From the NCBI GenBank assembly GCA_002269645.1, contig NIVC01001706.1, positions 1 through 41,240 of the forward strand: a stretch of DNA of 41,240 nt. The letters run 5' to 3'. Origin of the DNA: Macrostomum lignano. Its lineage: Eukaryota. The notes under the pieces were generated by a model. That model searched no databases and had not been told where the DNA came from. It was given only the letters and a program-made list of their open reading frames with translations. Shown one piece after another: positions 1 to 8,273 of the stretch (positions are counted from its first letter, which is position 1; every line of letters begins with the position of its first letter). The position numbers were made by a program, and so were the translations under genes.

Positions 1-31
1 ATAGTTTCAGGTTCGTAAATGCCTAATGTTT

Positions 32-595
32 CTATCGGTGGAGCTTTGGTTTGTCCAAACGTAATTCTTTTAATTCCATATCGGTAAAAGTTTCAACATC
101 TAAAATTCTATTTCTATCTTTTAAATATTTTTCATATAATTCAACCGCGGTTGATAATTCATGAATCGTTATCTCTCCGTCATCCAATATTTTTTGCACA
201 TATAAATATAATTGATTTTTATATTGCTTGCAACATCTCTTAAGATTTATATTTTTCCTTTCTTTTTTAAGATATAATTTAATTGCTAAAAGTATTGATA
301 AGTTCCTGATCAATTCAAAACCTGATATTGAGCCAATTGAAATACCTAAAAATAATTGAGATAAATTAAGAGTTGGAATAGATTGTAAAATACCTAAAAC
401 GATTACACATAACATTGATAAGCTTCCAAATCCAATATTGAAAAAGTCCATATTTCTTATATGGTTTGAAACTCTTCTTACTTTTTTAGCATATAAATCA
501 TAATCATAATTTATTCGATCAACATTACTTAACATCTGACCTTTACGTTGGTTGAACCGGTCGCGTTCCCATTTATCTGCTTCAGATACCGACAT
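32..595 (-). CDS. Viral hypothetical membrane protein (187 aa, two hydrophobic helices)
   Basis: Intact ORF; hydrophobic segments FFNIGFGSLSMLCVIVLGIL and LFLGISIGSISGFELI; co-oriented with the structural module. Confidence 0.6.
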   Translation of the reverse strand: MSVSEADKWERDRFNQRKGQMLSNVDRINYDYDLYAKKVRRVSNHIRNMDFFNIGFGSLSMLCVIVLGILQSIPTLNLSQLFLGISIGSISGFELIRNLSILLAIKLYLKKERKNINLKRCCKQYKNQLYLYVQKILDDGEITIHELSTAVELYEKYLKDRNRILDVETFTDMELKELRLDKPKLHR

Positions 596-657
596 TCTCG
601 TCTATTTTTAATAGCACCAAAATGAATTCCCGCGCTCTTTGGGGATTTGTCCCGAGC

Positions 658-906
658 TCAATAGGTATTGTATTGGAGTTTTCTTTCTTTTTTCTCCCAT
701 TTAAATCCTATTTTCCAAAACTCTTGAAGTATAATATGATTTTTTAATAACTTAATTAATTCTTGAAGCTTCTTATTATCCTGAACATTTACAGTACTAA
801 ATAAAAATTTGGTATGAGATTTGAATGTTTTTATATTTGATTCTTGTTTAGGAATAGGAATAATAACATTATTTTGCCGCATCGATGGAGTTCTACTAAA
901 AGCCAT
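658..906 (-). CDS. Small viral hypothetical protein (82 aa, MAFSRTP...)
   Basis: ATG at 906 has the AAAAATGG context used by other viral genes and lies 31 nt after the fibre stop; no recognisable motif. Confidence 0.4.
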   Translation of the reverse strand: MAFSRTPSMRQNNVIIPIPKQESNIKTFKSHTKFLFSTVNVQDNKKLQELIKLLKNHIILQEFWKIGFKWEKKERKLQYNTY

Positions 907-937
907 TTTATATAGAAATATTTTATATATAAATATT

Positions 938-2979
938 TTATATTTGAGTAGGAGGTTTTTCCAAATAAGCAGTAGAGGGAAAAACATAACCAAACGACGT
1001 ACTACCACATACAACTGCACCACGAATAAAATGTGCAGCATCCGCTCCACCAGTTCGAGCACCAAAACCCATAAGGGTTCCAGATTTATCTAAAGTTCCC
1101 CAAGTTCCACTATCATATGTGAAAACGTTCTGTCCAATGAGGGTAAAAGAATCACCAGCAACATTGTATGACTGTAATCGGTACCAAACCCTTTGATTTA
1201 AAATATTAACTTCAAATAAATGCCAATGCCGTTATCAATATTAGCATAGGCTACAGTTTGATCTGCGCCAGTATTAACATCCGCGCGGCTTGATCCGTCT
1301 GATTTTTTATTACTCCAAACAACTCCAAACCTATCAGTCCACTCACTAGCAAACACTATCAGCCCGGCGTCGGTTGATAATCCAGTTCCAAATTCCGATG
1401 TTGGACGTTGGTGACAGTATGCATAAAACCAAACCGCATCTGCACCATCTCCTGTAGAATTAGCAACTCGGAAAAAGAAAGACGCAGATATATTTTGAAA
1501 ATGTGTGAAATTGAATTGTAAAGCACCACTTACTCCAGAAGTTTCACGAGTAATTCTAGCGCCGTTTTGATAATCGATATAAGAAGCATCGCTAATTAAA
1601 GAACCGACTGGATATATATCTCCGGCGGTTGTTGGATTTTGATATCCAGACCAATTGCAAATTACTGGTTCGAACAAGGCCGCATCAATAGCAGGTATTC
1701 CATCCAATTTATTTTTATCGCTTCCAGACATTCTACCATTTGATGTTGGAGTAGCTAGCTGATCTACGTACGCTCGCGGAACTGCAGAAAGTATTTGAGT
1801 TGGCCAATTAAGATCTTGAATTTCAACACGGTGTTCAAATAATTGTATTTGACGAACCTCGATAGGTTGTGTACCGGTACCACCAGTTGGGAAGAATACG
1901 CTATAATATTTCCAAAAATTAGTCGTTAAATTAGATAGAGCAAATGATGTTGCTTGAACTGGTGATCCCGACGTAGTTAATGTTGTCCATGAATCGGTAG
2001 CAACATTTTTTGCGCGAACCGACCACCCGAGGGTATCTCAATTGTTTCACTGCCTGTAATTCTTAATTCAAATATTCTTCTATTATAACCTAAAAATTCA
2101 AATTGAATTTCCATATTGGTTGTGGTTCCGGTATTTGGTGACCATTGTGTCGCAAGGCTTCCATCTCCAACTCGAAAAGCTGTGTTGCCATTTTCAGATG
2201 CTGTAAGAACAACATCAGGATTTGAAGTATTTGATGTAAGCGGCGTGGTAAAAATATCGGCGTCGGTTGCATTAGCTCGCTCATTTACTTGGCCTAGAGT
2301 TATCGAGTCTGCGTTCTCTGTTCCAAATAATAAATTTGTTAATTTAAAATTATTCATATTAATATTTCCACTACGAGTGGCAACTTGATTATCGACATAG
2401 TTCTTATCAACCACTGAATCACTAGTTGTAATTGAAACATTTATAATTCGGTTGTTGCTCATATCTAGGTTTCCGGTTGCGGTGGTTTGAACATAACGTG
2501 AATCAGAATCAGTTCGAGAATAAGAATCAGTTACATCTCTTTTTAAATTTAATCCATTATCAACTTCGGTTTTGGTATAAGAATCGGCTACGTTCCGTTT
2601 CAAATTTAATGAATTATCAACTTCGGTTTTGGTATAAGAATCGGCTGTATTGCGTTTTAAATTTAATGAATTATCAACTTCGGTTTTGGTATAGAATCGG
2701 CTGTATTGCGTTTTAAATTTAATGAATTATCAACTTCGGTTTTGGTATAGGAATCGGCTACGTTCCGTTTCAGATTTAGTGAATCATCTATTTGAGTTTT
2801 AGTATAGGAATCTGCAACATTTCTTTTTAAATTTAGTTTAGTATCAACTTCACTTTTTTTATAACCTTCATCTCATTAATATATCGATTATCTCCAAATG
2901 TAACACTTATTCCACCAGATGTGCCACCACCACCACTACTTGTTGTTCCGTTCCATGAGGGTGTTCCAGAAAATAACAT
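938..2979 (-). CDS. Fibre/adhesin-like protein (~680 aa reconstructed): Gly-rich start, YTKxEVD repeats, F5/8C (discoidin)-like domain, C-terminal L-type lectin domain; 4 apparent 1-bp deletions
   Basis: Reading through frameshifts at ~2872, ~2693, ~2012 and ~1230 joins ORFs 1977-2603 and 1198-1731 into one frame. Motifs: NNRIINV..DKNYVD, ASENGNTAFRVGDGSLATQW..DSWTTL..WKYYSV..EVRQIQLF, ATPTSNGRMSGSDKNKLDGI, GADAVWFY..HWHLFEV..GFGARTGGADAAHFI. Confidence 0.75.
2523..2863 (-). repeat. Coding tandem repeat, 6 x 57 bp (YTKTEVDNSLNLKRNVADS)
   Basis: Directly visible units; the span of 341 equals 6x57 minus one base. Confidence 0.9.
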
Positions 2980-3041
2980 TTTTTACTGTCTATTTTATAG
3001 AGTCTAAAATCGCGTAGTCGCGGACTCCGTCCGATCGAACC

Positions 3042-3479
3042 TTAGTTCGCATGCTTTGCATGATATCTTAAATACTTCGGGGTTTCCTTCGAGTTATTAA
3101 TTTTATATAAAAAATACAACGCCGCTTGCCCGCAATAACTTTTATCAAAGGTTTGAAATTGTTCGTGATGATCTCCACATAAACGATTTTTAGTATGATT
3201 AAATTTATCTTTTATTTCCTGTAACGGAGGAAGCGCGTATGAATCAAAAAAATAAACAAGTTTTGGTTTTGAATAAACTGCTGACCAATGAACACCATTT
3301 TCTTTTGTTGTTTCAATATTAACAATGAAAGATCCATATTGTGGTAAGTCTTTGATCTCATCTCGCATAACACATCTGAATGGTTTTATTTTTAACTGCC
3401 TCGCCCAATTTGTTAATTCGATATTGCTTGTTGTGTCCGTTCCATATCTTTGTTTAAAATCATCCCACGTCATGGTCAT
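3042..3479 (-). CDS. Adenain-like cysteine (maturation) protease
   Basis: GVHW (His), FFDSY (Asp) and QTFDKSYCG (Gln, Cys) motifs in the order seen in adenoviral and Polinton proteases. Confidence 0.9.
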   Translation of the reverse strand: MTMTWDDFKQRYGTDTTSNIELTNWARQLKIKPFRCVMRDEIKDLPQYGSFIVNIETTKENGVHWSAVYSKPKLVYFFDSYALPPLQEIKDKFNHTKNRLCGDHHEQFQTFDKSYCGQAALYFLYKINNSKETPKYLRYHAKHAN

Positions 3480-3480
3480 T

Positions 3481-3690
3481 TTATGTTCCTGAAAAACTCT
3501 TGGTTTTAGTTAGTTTCGTAGGTGTGGGTTTTAACAATTCCTTTCTTATTTTATCAGCTTGTAACTGCCTTAATTTTGCTAGTTCTAGTTCGTAATTATC
3601 TTCAGCTTTTTTAACTTTTTCTGATTGTTTTTTTATTAAATTATTATTATTATCGTGCTTTGCACGCGAACATGTTGTTCGATTACCCAT
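3481..3690 (-). CDS. Small basic, coiled-coil-like viral hypothetical protein (69 aa)
   Basis: AAAAATG start; tightly packed between the minor capsid and protease genes. Confidence 0.45.
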   Translation of the reverse strand: MGNRTTCSRAKHDNNNNLIKKQSEKVKKAEDNYELELAKLRQLQADKIRKELLKPTPTKLTKTKSFSGT

Positions 3691-3700
3691 TTTTACAGTA

Positions 3701-4484
3701 CTAAACCTGTTTTATACGTAAAATTATTGTTATTGACTGCCCACCAAAACTTATTAATCTATCGCTTTCATCTACAATCCTAATATAAATTGATTGAACA
3801 TATATTGATTTAATGGTAATATATTGGGGTTTGGGGTGCAACAATCATTTTCTCTCCAATTGGAACAGCAAGAAATGGGATTGAATAAATAATTCCACGT
3901 TGAACCAAAACTCCGTTATCGTCTGTTATATAACCACCGTTTGAAATGTCGGTTGTTATATTAATTGTATTTACTCCACCCTCTATATTTCCAACTGTAT
4001 CACCGGTGCTTGATGTGGTAACTATTCGGGAATTAAATCCAAGTATGGTTCTGAGTGAATTTGCAATTGTGAAATCAACCTGATATCCGGATCCTAGTGA
4101 TAGTGTGAATCTGCCAGACGGTAAATCAACACCTATAACAATTGCTCCTGCTACCCAATCACCATTAGTTGTTAATTCTCCTTCTATATAAGCATTCAAA
4201 TCAGTATAGCTATACGCTCCTGGGTTAACGCTAAATGTTGTCCAATTGGCTCCGGAATCTTTAGAATATCTAAATTGATTATTTGTTGCATTAATTAATT
4301 GAGGCATGTTGAAAACCGAAAATAGTATTAAACCTATTTGATAACTTAGGCTTTGATCAAGTTGTAATGGATCGCGCAATTGAATCCGTTGCTCGCTGGT
4401 TGTCATTATAAACTGTAATGTTGTACTAAATTTTGAATTAGTTCGATCTACCAATTGTTTTATAGTATTTAAATTTGTAGTCAT
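3701..4484 (-). CDS. Minor capsid protein (penton, single jelly roll); frameshift(s) near 3790-3815
   Basis: Motifs NNQFRY, PGAYSYTDLNAYI, LGF, NTINITTDISNGGY, GEKMIVAP..IY. The shifted frame continues YIRIVDESDRLISFGGQSITIILRIKQV to TAG at 3701, the typical Polinton mCP C-terminus. Confidence 0.8.
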
Positions 4485-4501
4485 TTTTATAGTGGGAAAT
4501 T

Positions 4502-4625
4502 AATCGGACGAAGTCCGCGTTCCGAAGGAACGATCGAACGAAGTTCGCGACCCTATGGGGCGATCGTACCGAAGGTACGCGTGCTATGCACGATCGAACG
4601 AAGTTCGCGACCCTATGGGGCGATC
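4502..4625. repeat. Array of four 30-bp units, each CGATCG-hairpin-CGCG-hairpin (8 mini-hairpins)
   Basis: GAC-GAA-GTC, TTCC-GAA-GGAA, AAC-GAA-GTT, CCC-TAT-GGG, TACC-GAA-GGTA, TGC-TAT-GCA, AAC-GAA-GTT, CCC-TAT-GGG, with CGATC at 4531, 4561, 4591 and 4621. Confidence 0.9.
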
Positions 4626-5413
4626 CTCTTCTTCCTCATTATCTTCTTTTATCAAATTTGTTAAAATTCTATGTTTCCTTTCTAACCTCGGATTGATATA
4701 AATATGTTTGTATTGGCTATCATCCCAAATTTTTTTACACATACTTTTAAATGGTTTTGCATCCAATCCGGGATTAAATCTAGCGTGAATATTTTGTAGA
4801 TCATAGTTATCTAAATCAAACATTACACAACAGCTAGCATTCTTTTTTATAATCGATTCTAATTCTCTAAAGGATTGAGTAAGATAAAAAGCTCCAATTC
4901 CATCTCCTCTACCACTAACAAAAATTTCCTTTTGCAATTCTTGATCACCGTCATTAATACAATCATCAAAATAATTAGTGTTTTATCATGTTTTGGAATT
5001 TGATCATAGGCTAATCGGGTTGATACTCTAACAGTTGGGGCTCGATCGGACGAAGTCCGCGACCCTTCGGGGCGATCGGTGATGTTTTCTGGCTGTTGTG
5101 CCATTGTTTTACATAAATCCTCAATGTCTGCTAGATTAAATCGCGGTTCGTCATCATCCTCATATTGCTCATATGCTCTTAACATTCTAAACAAGACATC
5201 TTTTTTTAATTTGTTTTTTAATCCATGTTTAAGAAATTCATAATATTTTATTCTAGGTTTGTTAGTATAAATTATTAAATTATTATAGTCTAGCATTCCA
5301 TCGGTTGTTAACAGGTCATAAACAAAGTGTGTTTTTCCTTTACCTGATCCTCCGATTACTAAACAAAGAAAAGGATCATTTGGAAATATTTTATTGTGTT
5401 TTGCCTTTACCAT
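4584..5413 (-). CDS. A32/FtsK-like genome packaging ATPase; one 1-bp deletion at ~4968-4971
   Basis: Walker A GGSGKGKT. Restoring one T gives Walker B LIIFDD, followed by SGRG, YLTQSF and IIKKN, which joins ORFs 4859-5413 and 4584-4937. Confidence 0.9.
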
Positions 5414-5497
5414 TTTTAAAGAAATAATTTAAATAGGCGCGACGGTCGGAGACCTGCGACACTAAAGTGGTGCGACGTGCTTTGCACTGCACTCATT

Positions 5498-6970
5498 TTA
5501 CAATGGTGCGTCCCGAACAATCGTGCCATCAGCTTTAGCAATTGACATATATTCCTCTAGAAACAATACGTGTGCGTCAAGTGCCTGATTACCAGTTTTA
5601 TTAATCTCTAACATATAATTAAGTCCAATATTGGCTACGTTTTCTTTCTGTGCCGTTAGATCATAAACAACCACTGGATGAATGTTTAGAAACTCTGTGG
5701 GTGTGTACTGAGGGACGGCATATGCTTCATTTTTGGCATAATCTTGATAATATTTTATAAAATCATTAACATTATTATTTGCTATATTTAAATTTAGGGG
5801 GTCTTTAACCGGATAATATTGATCATCAACCTGCAGGCGGATATTCTGAACATTAAACTCGTTAATAGCTGCAGCCGCATTGTCTGTTGCGGTGGCTGCT
5901 TGTTCTGCTATGGCACCGGATTGAAGCCAATATAAATCCCCATTTGCTCTTTTACTCCTTCTATTTGTTATCTTAAACCAAACAAAAATATATCTCACCC
6001 GACGTTTTGATGTCAGTATTTGCCACTGGAATGAATCCTGGTTATTATTAATGGTTCGCATAAAATGTCGACGATTCAAATAAAATATTTCCTGATCATG
6101 CGTTAACTGATTATCGATGTGTTTTAAAAGTGGGGCTGTTACCTCAATAGTTGGTACGACTAATTGAATTGAATCTATACGAACTGCTATATCGGTTGAA
6201 ATTGAGGTTCCATAAAGTATCCTAGGCTGATATCCACCAGATATTTGCAACTGTATCCCAAATTTTAATCCTTTCCATACCCGATTTGGTGAGAAAAACC
6301 CAAATAGTGGAAAGATTGAAAAGTCCTGCTCATATGCTGTTGCTGTGGTTAAAACCGCGACTGGGAATTTATTCTGACGATCTATAAAACCAGTATTAAT
6401 ATCTTTTGTATTAGTCATAGTGGTTACAACTGGAACTATGTTTGTATTAAGGTAAACAATTAGCGCTGCAGTATCTGCACCGGCTGCGTTTTGTACATTA
6501 GGGAAAACTACTGCTTGACCGTTACCTTTATCCGGCATCCACCCAACATTATCACCAACTTGTTTTGATAAATAAGTATAATTTAAATGTTTCAAAACTC
6601 CATTAATCTCTGCGGGGTTTGATGATGTCTCAACCTCAGCACCATTAACAGTTAGTTGAGCTTGGGAAAAACATTTATAAAACCAATCATTTTCTATTAT
6701 TATTCCGGATCGATCTGCGATATCTCCGGCTGCAAGAGCAGTTCCATCATTTCTAGTATACAACCATCTAACGCGGAAAAACGCATTTTTCATATCCAAT
6801 ATAGTGTTGGTTGCGCCGATGTCAAAAGTTACCGTTCCAGTAGTAAAGTTATTTGAATTATCACTTGTTGGTAGGGTATAATTTAAATCTCTTGCTCTGA
6901 CCTCATTAATATACTGTCGGTGCTTTTTGAAATGAAATTTATCACTCCACATAGTTTTTGTTTCAGCCAT
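5498..6970 (-). CDS. Major capsid protein (double jelly roll, Polinton type), 490 aa, intact
   Basis: Size, beta-rich composition, N-terminal VTFDI..TILDMKNAFFRV and CFSQAQLTVNGAEVE, C-terminal NIRLQVDDQYYP and PVVVYDLT; adjacent to ATPase and mCP. Confidence 0.85.
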   Translation of the reverse strand: MAETKTMWSDKFHFKKHRQYINEVRARDLNYTLPTSDNSNNFTTGTVTFDIGATNTILDMKNAFFRVRWLYTRNDGTALAAGDIADRSGIIIENDWFYKCFSQAQLTVNGAEVETSSNPAEINGVLKHLNYTYLSKQVGDNVGWMPDKGNGQAVVFPNVQNAAGADTAALIVYLNTNIVPVVTTMTNTKDINTGFIDRQNKFPVAVLTTATAYEQDFSIFPLFGFFSPNRVWKGLKFGIQLQISGGYQPRILYGTSISTDIAVRIDSIQLVVPTIEVTAPLLKHIDNQLTHDQEIFYLNRRHFMRTINNNQDSFQWQILTSKRRVRYIFVWFKITNRRSKRANGDLYWLQSGAIAEQAATATDNAAAAINEFNVQNIRLQVDDQYYPVKDPLNLNIANNNVNDFIKYYQDYAKNEAYAVPQYTPTEFLNIHPVVVYDLTAQKENVANIGLNYMLEINKTGNQALDAHVLFLEEYMSIAKADGTIVRDAPL

Positions 6971-7004
6971 TTTTTTAAGTTAAAAAAGTTTTTTATGTTA
7001 AAAA

Positions 7005-7676
7005 ATGAGTCAATTTATGGACGTTGATGGAGAGTTAGCGATTTATAAAGAGAAGCAAAGATATTCTGATTTTGTTAGAAATTTACAAAAAAGAAAGTTA
7101 GGAATACAATTAGCGGGTGAAAGATTTGCTGCTCCTTTTGTTAATCCTATTACTGGGAAAATTAGTGAACTAGAAAAAACAGATAAAGATCTTCTGGAAA
7201 AAATTGCTAAAAATACTGAGCCAAAAGAGGATGAAATTTTAGATGAGCCGCCTACTTATGAGACTGATCAAGCAATATTTAGAGTTGCAGAAATTAGACG
7301 TGAAGAGATTAGGGGTGGAGTTGAACAATTTCCAAGAGATGCGCCACGTAGTATTGCTGCGACAGATTTAGGTGGTGGTAATTATCGAATTGGTAACGTT
7401 GTTAAAGATCGAAATGAACTATATAGAGAATTGGGCGGAGCATTTAATATTATTACGAACCCTAGGGTAAAATTTAACCCCGATTTATATACTAGGGATG
7501 AATTAATAAGTGCTAGAATTTTTTATGATGAGTTAGGAGGAGCTGTTAAAAATACCAGCTTGTATAAATGGATTGTTAATTCTATAAATAACAAACCAGC
7601 TGTTGGTGATGGATTTAAAACACCGCGAAAACTTGTTTTAGCTGCTGCGAAAGCTGCTGGACATACTGGAGTTTAA
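7005..7676 (+). CDS. Polinton hypothetical protein (223 aa), divergent from MCP
   Basis: Intact ORF with AAAAAATG start. The FNIITNPR..YTRDEL..IFYDELGG segment resembles, from memory, a conserved Polinton ORF found upstream of PLA2 genes. Confidence 0.65.
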   Translation: MSQFMDVDGELAIYKEKQRYSDFVRNLQKRKLGIQLAGERFAAPFVNPITGKISELEKTDKDLLEKIAKNTEPKEDEILDEPPTYETDQAIFRVAEIRREEIRGGVEQFPRDAPRSIAATDLGGGNYRIGNVVKDRNELYRELGGAFNIITNPRVKFNPDLYTRDELISARIFYDELGGAVKNTSLYKWIVNSINNKPAVGDGFKTPRKLVLAAAKAAGHTGV

Positions 7677-7703
7677 TTGATTGTTAAATTTATTTTTTAT
7701 AAC

Positions 7704-8273
7704 ATGGATGAAACAAAAATTTGTACTACGTGTAGAATTGAGAAGCCGATGACTAAAGAATTTTTTTGTTGGAGAAATGACACAAAAAAATTTAAAAATC
7801 TTTGTCGATCTTGTGAGAAAGTTAAATGCACTATGTGGAGAATAAACAATAAAGATAAATGTAATAAATATGCAAAAAATAAATATCGCACTGATGAAAA
7901 TTTCAAAAATATTAGTCTAATTAGAGCTAAAATAACTTGGGCATTGAGAACTTTTCATGACAAACATTATATCTCATATCTTGGTTGCACAAAAGAATTC
8001 TTTTTTGATTGGTTAAATTTCACAAGAAATTATTATGTTCCAAAAAATTATACTGGAAAGTTAGATATTGATCATTTCATTCCCGCTTCTTCATTTAATT
8101 ACAAAGACGATGATCAGATTAAAAAGTCTGAAAATTGGAGAAATAAAAGATACTTAACTAGCATAGATAATAACTATAAAAAAGTTAAGCAACCAACCAT
8201 TGAAGAATTTGCAAAACAATTGGTGCTTTCATGTATTTTTAAGGCTATTAAAAATGAACCAAATAGTGTTTGA
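7704..8273 (+). CDS. Free-standing HNH (His-Me finger) endonuclease with N-terminal CxxC..CxxC zinc finger
   Basis: CTTC and CRSC pairs; YLGCT..FFDWL; DIDHFIPASSF..NWRN..LTSIDN, matching the HIDHIxPxSSFD..NLQPL..EN type of viral homing nucleases. ATG at 7704; the stop overlaps the next gene's start. Confidence 0.8.
   Translation: MDETKICTTCRIEKPMTKEFFCWRNDTKKFKNLCRSCEKVKCTMWRINNKDKCNKYAKNKYRTDENFKNISLIRAKITWALRTFHDKHYISYLGCTKEFFFDWLNFTRNYYVPKNYTGKLDIDHFIPASSFNYKDDDQIKKSENWRNKRYLTSIDNNYKKVKQPTIEEFAKQLVLSCIFKAIKNEPNSV

Noticed and set aside
4502-4625. CRISPR-like repeat-spacer array
   Set aside because: Period is only 30 bp, the variable parts are self-complementary hairpins that recur, there are no cas genes, and the context is a eukaryotic virus.
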